Below are positions 1 to 64,000 of a stretch of DNA of 64,000 nucleotides, piece by piece (position 1 is the first letter of the stretch; each line of letters opens with the position of its first letter). The notes under the pieces were generated by a model. That model made no database searches and was not told the origin of the DNA. It saw only the letters and a list, made by a program, of their open reading frames with translations. Both the position numbers and the translations under genes were made by a program. The stretch spans positions 3,035,004-3,099,003 of the forward strand of contig NC_069001.1 of NCBI RefSeq assembly GCF_001194135.2, given 5' to 3'. Source of the stretch: Octopus bimaculoides (taxonomy: Eukaryota).

Positions 1-890
1 TTTTGTTCGTTCCTTCGATCTTTTGGTCGTTCGTTCGTACATACGTACAAACGTACCTTCGTTTGTTCATTTGTTCGTTGTGTCGTTTGTTCGTTCGATC
101 GTTTCTTCGTACGTACACACGTACGTTCTTTTGTTCGGTCGTTCGTTAGTTCTTTCGTTCGTTCGTTCCTTCGTATGTACGTTCGTTTGTACGTTCTTAC
201 GTACATACGTAAGTACGGACGTACGTGAGTACGTAAGCACGTTCGTACGTACGGCCGTTCGTTCGTTAGTACGTTCGTATGTACGTACGTACGTTCGTTG
301 TTCGTTCGTTCCTTCGATCGTTCGGCCGTTCGTTCGGTCGTTCGTTCGTTCGTTCAGACGTACGTACGTTCGCTCGGACGTACGTACGTTCGTTTGTTTG
401 TTCGTTCGATCTTTCTTTCGTTTACAAGTGTGTCCGTTCGTTCGTTCGTTTGTTCATTCTAATGTACGTACTACGTACGTACGTGCGCTCGTTCGTTCTT
501 TTGTTCGTTCGTGCGTGCCTAGGTACGTTCGTTCGTACGGACGGACGTATGTGCTCGCGTTCCTTAGTTCGCTCGATCGTACGTACGTACGTTTGTTCCT
601 TGATACGTACGCACGTTCGGTCGTTCGTTATTTCTTTCCTTAGTTCGTTCCTTCGTATGTACGTTCGTTTGAACGTTCGTACGTACATACGTAAGTACGT
701 ACGTACGTATGATCGCTCGTACGTACGTACGTTCGTTCTTTCGTTCGTTTCTTCGATCGTTCGGTCGTTCGTTCGTCCGCACGCACGTACGTTCGTTCGT
801 TCGTCCGCACGCACGTACGTTCGTTCGTTCGTACCTACGTACGTACATACGTTCGTTCTTTCGTTCGATCGTTCGTTCGTTCGTTATATA
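1..890. repeat. Compound tetranucleotide satellite of TACG/TTCG/GTCG-type units (CpG-dense)
   Basis: Continuous mosaic of cgta/cgtt/cgtc units; source of the spurious RSFV/RTYV ORFs. Confidence 0.92.
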
Positions 891-1072
891 TAAAAATAAA
901 TATATATATAAAAATAAATAAATATGTATACCTATGTACACACATACATGTATATATATGTATGTGTAGACATATATGTATATACATGTACACACACGCA
1001 TATATATACACTTGCATACATATAAACCTATACACACACACATATATATATATGTATATATANNNNNNNNNN

Positions 1073-1123
<51 letters not shown>

Positions 1124-1327
1124 TATATACGTAAGGAGCAAAATAGCTTCTTCTAAAATCTCTAAAAAATATATAATTAACAACAATAGTAAACAATAAG
1201 TTTTTTTTTATGACTATAACATGGCTGTTCTATAAAGAATTATGTTACTACATTTTAACACCAATATGTATACATACATACCTATATATGTGTGTGTGTG
1301 TATATATATATATATACACACACAAAT

Positions 1328-1421
<94 letters not shown>

Positions 1422-1423
<2 letters not shown>

Positions 1424-1507
1424 CTGGAGCCTGGTGTTGCCATCCGGTTTCACCAGTCCTCAGTCAAATCGTCCAACCCATGCTAGCATGGAAAGCGGAC
1501 GTTAAAC

Positions 1508-1557
<50 letters not shown>
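1422..1557 (+). mobile_element. 3' end of a retroposon (SINE/RTE-tail type) with a (GAT)n tail, 5'-truncated at a (TA)n tract
   Basis: gactggagcc...acccatgctagcatggaaagcggacgttaaac(gat)n; related copies at about 3890-4140, 11210-11395, 26650-26810, 41320-41410, 59372-59410 and 62259-62850. Confidence 0.8.
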
Positions 1558-1558
<1 letters not shown>

Positions 1559-1606
1559 ACACTACTACTCCTTAAACAAAGAAATAAATATTATTTTCCT
1601 TCTCAC

Positions 1607-54235
<52,629 letters not shown>

Positions 54236-54904
54236 CTACAAGAAAAAGAATAGAAAATGTGTAAATTGAATATTCTCAAATTTGAAATTATTTATAATAA
54301 AAAAAGACATCCAAAATTAGTCACAATGGATCCTAATTTTAATGGCATCAAAAGGATGAAAGGCAAAGTCAACCTTGGTGTTGATATCACAAAGCGTTAA
54401 ACATTTATGGTGTGCTCCAGTTAGGAAATCTATCAATGGCATTAATTCTTTGTTTTAAACTATTCAATTCATTTAAAAGTAGTATTTTATCTTTTACCTT
54501 TTACTTGCTTCAGTCATTGGACTGCGGCCATACTGGGGCACCGCTTGAACAAATAACCCCCAGTACTAATTTTTTAAAGTCTAGTACTTATTCTATCAGT
54601 TTCTCTTGCCAAACCACTAAGTTACAGGGATGCAAACAAATAAACACCGATCGCCAAGTGATGGTGGGGGAACAAACAGACACAAGGACACACATGCACA
54701 CACACAAACACATGTTTATATATATATGATAGTCTTCTCTCAATATCTGTCCACCAAATTCACTCACAAGGCATTGGTCAGCTCGGGGCTTATAGTTGAA
54801 GACCTTGCCTAAGGTACTGTGCGGTGATATTGAACTTGAAACAATGTGGTTACAAAGCAAGCTTCTTAACTGCCACCCAACCATGCTTCTACAAGGCTTT
54901 TTTT

Positions 54905-55790
54905 AAGATGAATGTCAAATTAATTCCGTACAAAGTCTACAATGCCACAACCACTTCGTTGCTGTATTACAGTGGAAGAACCAAAGAACAAGGCTGCAAG
55001 GTAATGATCTAATAATAAAAACAGGTCTCTACACCGCCATAAAGAATATTTGAAGAATAGGGCAAGGAAAGGTTTTCCAGAGAATTCTTCGAAAGCAGGG
55101 GATGTGTCTGGTTTATGTTCTTAAAATAGAGAAAGTGCTGACAATTGTTATCAGATGAGAAAAGTCATAAAACAGACAAACTCTATTTTATGGAGAACAG
55201 CCTTGATAAATGTGTTTGCTCCTGTATTGATTGACCCTTTGGTAGATTGAAAAAAAACAACTTATGAAACCATGAAAGTTGCTCTGAGAGAACTCAAATA
55301 CATTGAACACAATTGAATAATTTATGGAAATATCTATTGATCAAGAATGGTGTTAGATTAAATTTCCTTGCTTTTGTTTGCTTTTTTTCTTGATTGTGTT
55401 TGTTTGTTTGTTTGCTTTTGAGGCAAGCAAGCTAAAAGACATGACTGAGTGAAAAAGGAATGATTGGAAAGAAGAGATTTCAATGTTGGAAAGCAAAACA
55501 TCAAGAACAAAACCTCCGACACCTTTTAAAACCAGAAAATATCAGCATTTCATTTCAAAGTAGATGCTTCTTTCGTATTATCTACATAGAAGTTTTCCAG
55601 CTCTATAGCAAGTGAATTTGAGGGCAGGTATCTTTGATGGGCTTAAGATCAGGACATTAATGGAAGATGAACAATTTATGGGTTAACCGAAACCTGTCAT
55701 AAAAAGTGCTTGGGTCGCTTTCACCGATTTGAAAAGTATTACAGAGCAACAAGAAATCTAGAATCTATGAAGACTTGAGGCATAAGTTAC
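54905..55790 (+). mobile_element. Decayed DNA-transposon transposase remnant, probably Chapaev3-like (CMC)
   Basis: Broken frames TYETMKVALRELKYIEHN*IIYG (55260-55328), NLRAGIFDGLKIRTLMEDEQFM (about 55616-55680) and KSAWVAF match my recollection of this family's YE.MK..L..I.Y..HNW.ICGD and K.GIF.GPQIR motifs. Confidence 0.55.
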
Positions 55791-56997
55791 TTTTTCCCAT
55801 TCAGGTTTTGGACATAATAAATATCAAATCCTAACATTGGTTTCAGATTTTGCTACAAAGTCTGCAATTTTAGGAATGGGTGGAGGAATAATTCAAGTAC
55901 ATACCCACCCCAAAGGCCAACCAAAACCTTGTGACATAGTGTGACAAGGCTGGCCCCTTTGAAATACAAGTACAACAGAAACAGGAAGAAAGAGTGAGAG
56001 AAAGTTGTGGTGGAAGAGTACAGAAGGGTTCGCCACCATCCCCTGCCAGAGCCTCATGGAGCTTTAGGTGTTTTCGCTTAATAAACACTCACAACATCCG
56101 GTCTGGGAATCAAAACCGTGATCCTATGACCGCGAGTTTGCTGCCCTAACCACTGGGCCATTGCGCCTCCACATATATATTTATATATAATGTGTATATA
56201 TATTTATATGTATGTATTATGTATGTACATATTAACAGTATTTATATTTTCTTGCGAGTTCTAGTCTTAAATGTTTGGAAACCCCATATTTCTAAATTGT
56301 CTCCAAGTATGTCAGGAATATCTGCCAACTTTATATGTCTTAATAACACTGGCTTGCATTTTGAAAATAAAAAACAAAAAAAAAAGTTGTTGTGTGTGTG
56401 AAAGGCATTCAGCCAATGTTGTATGTAACTGTTAAGTTATATACACTCACCACTGTACTGTCAAATGGCTGGATGTATATATAACTGTTTCTGTGTGTTT
56501 TTAAAAGCACATTTTTAAATGACTAAATCAACTTTCCCCCAAATTTAACTGTCATGTGTTTGTGTGTGTGAGTATTCTTTTATTCTTTAATTCTTTTACT
56601 TGTTTCAATCATTTAGACTGTGGCCATGTTGGAGCACCATCTCGAAGGGTTTTAGTTGAACAAATTAAGCCCAGGACTTAGTTTTTTAAGTCTAATACTT
56701 ATTCTATTGGTCTCTTTTACCGAACTGCTAAGTTACAGGGACATAAACACACCAACACCAGTTGTCAAGTGGTGATGAGGACACAGTCACACACACACAC
56801 AATGGGATTTTTTCAGTTTCCATCTACTAAATCCACTCACAAGGCTTTGGTTGGCCCAAGGCTACAGTAGAAGACACTCACATGCCCAAGGTGCCAAATA
56901 GTGGGACTGAACCTGGAACCATGTGGTTGGGAAGCAAGCTTCTTACCACACAGCTACACCCGCACTAATTATGTATGTTTTTTCTTTTTACTTGCAG

Positions 56998-57099
56998 AGC
57001 CAGGAAGAAGATGCAGTGTGAATGGTCTTCGCATGCGCTCCAAATCCAGCGAGATTGTTGCCAATAACATTGCTCTTGAGCTTTTGAATGTCAGTAATG
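56998..57099 (+). other. Isolated exon-like segment on the + strand (antisense to Myo3), 102 nt, phase 1-1, EPGRRCSVNGLRMRSKSSEIVANNIALELLNVSNG
   Basis: ttttttctttttacttgcag acceptor and gtaggt donor, open frame, unique sequence; no partner exons or homology recognised. Confidence 0.25.
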
Positions 57100-57623
57100 G
57101 TAGGTAGGATGTGGGCAAGGCATAGAGATGACATGTATGAAGGGGGGGGGGTGTAGAAAAAAGTTGGTGAGGAATGCTTAAANNNNNNNNNNNNNNNNNN
57201 NNNNNNNNNNNNNNNNNNNNNNNNNNNNNNNNNNNNNNNNNNNNNNNNNNNNNNNNNNNNNNNNNNNNNNNNNNNNNNNNNNNNNNNNNNNNNNNNNNNN
57301 NNNNNNNNNNNNNNNNNNNNNNNNNNNNNNNNNNNNNNNNNNNNGCAAAGGCCTTTATAGGAGAGGAAGAGAGAGAGGAGACAGCTCCTGGGGTCGATCG
57401 ATCTATTCAATTAAAATCCTTCAAGGTGGTGCTCCAGCATGGCCACAGTCAAATGACTGAAACAAGTAAAAGAAATAAAGAATAAAAGAATACACAAAGT
57501 TTTGGCCTGCCTCCCTTCATTGGACTGTCTAACAAGGGCTAGTAGGTGGACACTTCAAAGTCACTATTACTCCTCTTCTTGTAAAAATTTAATTATGTAT
57601 GTATCTATGTATGTATGTATGTG

Positions 57624-57662
<39 letters not shown>

Positions 57663-58077
57663 GCGTGTATGTATATGTATATATATGCACATAGACACAT
57701 ACATATATACACACATATATATCTCGTCTAAAGAGATTGATAGACTTTGGCAATCTGTTTTTCTGCTGTTTTCAATTTACCTTAGTGATTGATTAGTGAG
57801 ACAAATTGAAAACAAAATAAAAATTGATTGCCAAAGGGAAGCATCTCATTAGAAACACGTTTCACAGCAATGTTTTTTGATTACGCTACTATGCAGGAAG
57901 TGATGACTGTGTATATATATTAACATCTTGGATATGTGTACAAATGTGTGTGTCTGTGTGTGTATGTGCATAAGTACACGCACATGTATGTATGTATACA
58001 TATATGTATATCTGTGTGCATACATATGTATATATGGATGGATGTATAATGCATGTATATGTATCAATATATATATA

Positions 58078-58131
<54 letters not shown>

Positions 58132-58655
58132 TCTATGTATATATGTATGAATGTGTGTGTATGTAGACAAAGGTGCACAGTTTTGTTGTTACAACATGTA
58201 AGAAGTAAAAAGTAATTAGAACTTTGTGTGAAATTATGATTTCTATTTTAATCAATATTATCACATTATCTACAGTTATCAGACTCTGGATCAATATCAC
58301 TTTACACCAGCCAACCATTCACTCATATTTGTTTCATCATTACCACCATCACCATTGTCACTGTCATCATCATCATCACCATCGTCATCACCATCGTCAT
58401 TGTCATCATCATGAATTTTATTTACAGTCTCTAATTTATACATAACATACTCAGTGAGTCTTCTTCGACATCAGCCAACAGAACGACAACTCATAAAACA
58501 ATACAAACCAATTACACTGCTTGAAATGAGAATTAACAATCAAACATCGTTTAGGTTAACCCATTCATTACCATATTTCTGTTTAAATGTGCTACTTTCG
58601 CTTCAGTTGACTTGAAAGATAATAAGCAACTGAGTAAAACAACTCATTATACATA

Positions 58656-59295
58656 CAGGGTGTGTACGGTATTTGAGGACATATGTTTTTTGGGTCATTG
58701 CTGCATTTTTTGCTAACTCTGTATAATCTTTGTTTCAGAAAATAATAATGGTAGACCCTCAGCTTACTCAAGAAATGAAGAGGTATGCTGTTATTGTGGT
58801 TATAAAGGCTGAGCATAGCGATTTAGAAATATCTTGATTTTTAAAAGTTGCCAGATCTTTCGTTTACAAAGTTTGTAAAAAGTTAGAGACTGAAGATGGA
58901 AACATGTCACCAGTATCAATGTATAAAAAGCATTTTAAATGTTCTGAAATCATCAGAACACTTGAATTTAGCCAGCAAGTTCAACAGACCATTGATCACA
59001 ATCCCAGAAAGTCCGTGAGGTCAATTGCAAAAGATCTCTATGCGTCAAAAGGGACAGTCAGAAATGTTGTCCATGAAGACATCAGATATAAGTCTTATAT
59101 AGTGAGGAAAGGTCATTTTATATTAGAAAAAGCAAAAGAAAATCACTACATCAGATCTAAAAGGCTCTTAAACAAACTGAAAAATCCAGCAGAAGAAGAT
59201 TAGATTTAGTTTTTCTCAAACAAGAACTTCAACCAAGATCAAAAAGTTAATAGAAGAAATGACAGATGGTTATGTGCAGACCCTTCTGAAGTTTA
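58656..59295 (+). mobile_element. Tc1/mariner (DD37D/maT-like) transposon, 5' TIR plus pseudogenised N-terminal transposase
   Basis: TA|CAGGGTGTGT start; ATG at 58748; HTH region (NPRKSVRSIAKDL..SKGTVRNVVHEDI) and degenerate first-D motif (FFS.KNFNQDQKVNRRNDRWLC); stops/frameshifts; 3' end missing. Confidence 0.8.
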
Positions 59296-59320
59296 AAGTG
59301 TTAATACAAAAAATATATAT

Positions 59321-59373
<53 letters not shown>

Positions 59374-59412
59374 CCCATGCTAGCATGGAAAGCAGACGTT
59401 AAACGATGATTA

Positions 59413-59447
<35 letters not shown>

Positions 59448-59483
59448 ATATACACACACACACACATATAATATATATATATC

Positions 59484-59521
<38 letters not shown>

Positions 59522-59859
59522 CAATATACACACACACACACACACATATAATATATATATATCTATCTATCTATCTATATATATATATATATATATATGC
59601 ACACATATACCACAAACACACAGTGCAACACTATCAACACCCATAATAGGTTTATTGCTGGTCATAGCAGCTTACCAGGAAATCAATAGAAATCAGGAAG
59701 GTAGACAAACAGACAGATTTTCCCTCCAACATACTTTCACACTCTCACATGCGCACACATACACACACACACATACACACATCCACACAGAGATGTAATA
59801 CCTAGGTGTGGTTTCTTTCAATAAGCTACAGACTTTTATATCAGATGCATGTATGAAGA

Positions 59860-60365
59860 AAGGCGAGGGGAGGGGGAGCAGCAGAGAGGATGAAAAGAGA
59901 GGGGGAGAGGGGAAATAGAAATAGAGAGAGGGGATGGATAGATGACATGATAAGAAATGAGAGGGATAGCGTGTGAGAGGGAGGAGGGAGAGAAAGTGAG
60001 ATGTATAGAGAGGATGGGTTAGATAAACAGAAGGAAAAGAGATGAAGAGAGAGAGGGGGGAGAGAGCGAGAGAGAGTGTGTGTGTGTGTGTAACAAATTG
60101 GGTGGCAAGTTTGATAGAGAGAGATAGGGAGAGAGAGAAGGAGGAAACAGAGAGAGAGAGGGAGAGAGATATAGAGATAGAAGAAAGATAAAGGAGCAAG
60201 AGACAAGAAGGAGAGTGATAGGAGAGAGAGAGAGATAGGAGAGAGAGAGATAGCAGAGAGAGAGAGATAGGAGAGAGAGAGATAGCAGAGAGAGAGAGAT
60301 AGGAGAGAGAGAGAGAGATAGGAGAGAGAGAGAGAGAGAGAATACTGTATATGAGATAGAAGAGA
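59860..60365. repeat. Purine-rich (GA)n/GATAG mosaic tract of about 500 bp
   Basis: Near-pure A/G on the + strand; source of the LSLSL ORFs. Confidence 0.85.
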
Positions 60366-60395
60366 AAATGGAAAGCTGCTAATGTATTAACAGTG

Positions 60396-60427
<32 letters not shown>

Positions 60428-60949
60428 AAGTATGGATATAAGAATACGTATGTGTAATAAATGCAAGTGTATCTGAGCTTTTGTGTACGTGTGGGGTGTT
60501 ATATGTGTATGTTATGTGTGTGAATGGATGTGTATAAGAGTGTGTGTATGCATAATGTGATCTTGTATGTGTGTGTGTGTGAGAGAGAGAGTGTGTGTGT
60601 ATGTATGTGTGTGAGTGAGTGAAAGAGAGTGTGTGTGTAAGATGTGAGCTTTTGTTTCTTAAATTCATTCAATTTGTAGCTTGGTTTTTAATTAATTTCA
60701 TTTGAAATAATATTAATTACTCAAATTACTCAATCAAAAGTAATAGTAATGATGTTGATAATGATAATATCGATAATTGGGACGGAGTTAATTACAGAAG
60801 ACTGGTAATCAAACGTTTCAAAGTCAACAAGATGTGTCTTCTTCAAGGTACAAACGAAGAGGATTCTTGTCATGTCAAGAGCAGAAACTTGGTCAACGAA
60901 GAAGGAATTTCAAGACTGCTTTGATGGTATGTAACCCCAGGCTACACTC

Positions 60950-61290
60950 ATCAAGAGCTGTGAGATGAGCTTGATCTGACATACACCAGACTACTCATCA
61001 GGGCTCAAAACAACTAGGGGTGTCAGTACAAGGTCAACAAAATTTGTCTTCTTCAGGGTATGTGTAGAGGGTATTTTTCTCTATGGAGCTGAATCCTGGA
61101 CTATGAGAAAGGTGCTTCAAGATCACCAAGATGGTAGATGCACCACACTTCTTGTCAGGGCTCAAAACATCTCACAGCTTCAGCACAAGACCACAGAGAA
61201 GATTTATGGACACATCTTACCAATCTCTTCTACTATTGTTGCTCAATGCAGGTTAGGCTTTGCTGGTGACTGCTTTTGTGTTGAACACTA
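60950..61290 (+). mobile_element. LINE reverse-transcriptase C-terminal remnant (RTE/RTE-X-like) with a short internal duplication
   Basis: LYGAESWTMRKVLQDHQDGRCTTLLVRAQNISQLQHKTTEKIYGHILPISSTIVAQCRLGFAG resembles the LLYG.E.W...LD..YTR.LR...N.SW...T...YG.LP..S....RRL.FAGH pattern; a second DLTYTRLLIRAQN copy lies upstream. Confidence 0.7.
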
Positions 61291-62258
61291 GGCCATATCA
61301 GAGGTTATAGTTTTAGGGAATTCTGCACCTTAATACAGGAGGAGGAACACATAACTACATCATCATCATCATTTAACATCCATTTCCAGATTTTATCTTC
61401 AGATATGTTTATCTAGGAGTCCACCAGTCAATGTGTTCTTCTTTTTCCTAAGATGGTAGGATGCTTATTTGTGAGAAATGTACTCATACATAAAAAAAAA
61501 AACAAATAGAAAAAATACACAGGACGGTTGTGGTTGGAATACTTTTGATCGTGAATCAGCTTAGCCATGGAGAGATTAGCAACAAAGTCTTTAATCTTTC
61601 CATGATTGCTCGAATCTATATCAGTAGAACACTTGTGTCAACACTCATACAATTTCCCGACAATTATGTGACCTTGTTCCAATGTAATTAGCAAATTATT
61701 ATTTTTATCGTCATTAAGGTGGTAAGCTGGTAGGATTGTTGGATCATTGGAAAAAATGCTTTGATGTGACCTTATCCCAATATAATTAGCAATATTAGTT
61801 TCATTATTTTATCATCGTAAGGCAGCGAGCTGGCAGAATCCTTAGCACGCCAGGAAAAATGCTTAGCGGTATTTCATCCATCTTTATGATATGAGTTCAA
61901 ATTCCACCAGGGTTCACTTTATCTTTCATCCTTTCAGGGTCGATAAAATAAGTACCAGTTGAGTGCCAGGGTCAATGCGATCGACTTAGCCACTCCCACT
62001 GAAATTTCAGCCCTTGTGCCAATAGTAGAAAGGGTTATTTTATCACCATGATTCTACCAATGTTGATTTTTGCCTTTTGTCCTTTGAAGGTTGATAAAAT
62101 AAGTACCAGTTAAGCACTGGGGTCAATGTCATTTAAATAAATCCACCCCCACACACTTACACCTGAAATTACTGGCCTTGTGCCAAAATTTGAAACCATA
62201 TTGAAGTGATAAGCTGGCAGACGTTTACTTTCTCATTGGTTATGCTTTTTCCTGTATA

Positions 62259-62420
62259 TCATCATCATCATCATCATCGTTTAACGTCCGCTTTCCATGC
62301 TAGCATGGGTTGGACGATTTGACTGAGGACTGGTGAAACCGGATGGCAACACCAGGCTCCAGTCTGATTTGGCAGAGTTTCTACAGCTGGATGCCCTTCC
62401 TAACGCCAACCACTCAGAGA
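62259..62420 (-). mobile_element. Retroposon 3' end with (GAT)n tail, 84 nt identical to the copy at 1422
   Basis: Manual comparison: the reverse complement of 62281-62364 equals 1422-1505 exactly. Confidence 0.85.
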
Positions 62421-62732
62421 GTATATATATATATATATGTATATATATGCATAAATGTAATTCTTTTCCCAAATAAATTGCACTTCATATTCAAGGCTCT
62501 GATGAAGCTATAAGATGTTACTCAGGCACTCAACTATGAGTCCACTGCATCTTAGAGCAGAAACAGCTATAAGCTAATGAAGTTCATAAGATAATCATTC
62601 ATTCCTTTGTCATCACATTTTCTTTTATATATATATATATCATCATCATCATTTAACATCTGTTGTCCATGCTGGCATAGGTTGGACAGTTTGACCAGGG
62701 TTGACAAGCTGAAGGGCTACACCTGATTCCAG

Positions 62733-62792
<60 letters not shown>

Positions 62793-63958
62793 GCACCCAT
62801 GCTAGCATGGAAAGCGGACGTTAAACGATGATGATGATGATGATGATGACATGCTTTTCCTTGTCTATTGAAATTGAGATATTGTTTACAAAATTTAAAA
62901 GAATCACAGAATTATGTTCTTGTTCCATTTGTATCCAGTAAAAAAATGGTTCCATGTTCTTTGGTGCAGAAATATCAGTTAAGCATCACAAGCAAAAAGT
63001 TGAAGAAAATTGTTTAATTCTGCATAAGAGAGAGCCTAGATATGGTTTGTAGGTTTAATAAAAAGGAAGCTAAAAATGAAAAGCTCCATAAAATAAATGG
63101 CACAACTATGATACAAACTTAAAGTAGTCTAAATTAAAATGTTCCATTACAATTTTCAAGCTTATTTTACTAAATTCTTCATTATTTTCAAAATTAAAAA
63201 CAAATGAGCTAAAATGATCTAAATTAAAACCATGCAACAAAATTTCACGTTTATTTATATTCAAAACACTAATTCAATAATAAAAAGGTTATTTTACAAA
63301 ATTCTTCATTATCGTCAAAAATAATTGAAATAAAAATAAATATGGTAACAAAAAGGTTTTTAAAAATGGACATATTAGGAGAGTGTATCTAAAAGTGACT
63401 TCCAGACTGGACGTGATTTCTGGGATCTTGTAAGTCACGGAACCTCTCAATATATTGTTTTTATATATTCTTTTCAAACAAAGAATCTTCACAATTTTCA
63501 AAATAAGTTATGCAGTCTATTTTGTTTTATTTAATTCTCTTAATCCTTTTGATACCAAAATGTCCAAGACTGCTCTTGGTTCTATGATATCAACTTCCAG
63601 TTTTAGAGTGATCTAAAACCTTCCATTATAATTCCATGTTATGTTCCAAATTTTTGGAAAATTGCATAAGAATATCGCTATAAGTTTTGAGAACTGCCAA
63701 AAAAACAGGGTGGAGGATGATTCAGGACAAGTCTGAAATGCTTCTGACCATGTATGCTCAATCAACGCTGACCTACAGCTAAGCAACAACATCAATAACA
63801 GCAACAATAATTTTTAATGCCCCAAATCAGTGGAAAGTAATCCAATTAAAAATAAGAAGAACTTTTTTAAATGCTGAAAAGTCAAAACTAGCCGGTATAC
63901 AGCACTTACTCAGTATTACCTATATCTTTGGGTTTGGTTGAATCCAATACCCTTCATA

Positions 63959-64000
<42 letters not shown>

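Noticed and set aside
23-921. 200-aa ORFs on both strands (RSFV/RTYV/TNER repeats)
   Set aside because: Translations of the TACG/TTCG satellite; no codon or domain structure
54236-64000. Upstream kinase exons (HRD/DFG/APE and HPMRALFKIPR segments)
   Set aside because: Searched by eye on the minus strand and not found; they probably lie beyond 64000 or in the gap at about 57183-57344, so none are reported

Overview
This is eukaryotic DNA, AT-rich and crowded with microsatellites and SINEs, with several N-gaps. The repeat families look like those I associate with Octopus/coleoid cephalopods (inference, no search run). The window lies inside one large minus-strand gene, a class III myosin (Myo3/ninaC-type kinase-myosin). 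I traced 29 canonical GT-AG exons by hand, with consistent reading-frame phases from 54235 down to 1607. They encode the end of the kinase domain, a complete motor domain (P-loop GESGAGKT, switch I NDNSSRFGK, switch II DIFGFE), four IQ-type motifs and a long tail. The tail includes a 2193-nt exon, plus one further exon that is mostly lost in an N-gap. The 5' and 3' ends of the gene lie outside the window. The best lead is in the 17.7-kb intron that interrupts motor loop 2 (the actin-binding loop). It holds two frame-preserving 9-nt microexon candidates with near-consensus splice sites: TATGAAGAT (Tyr-Glu-Asp) at 33619-33627 and TACAAATCT (Tyr-Lys-Ser) at 25189-25197. Weaker extra candidates also occur there, suggesting a splice-coded charge/phosphorylation switch on the actin interface. 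The tail is built from five consecutive symmetric phase-2 exons. Everything else is SINEs, MITEs, LINE and DNA-transposon remnants, hairpins and satellites. Nearly all other ORFs in the track are microsatellite or N-gap artefacts.
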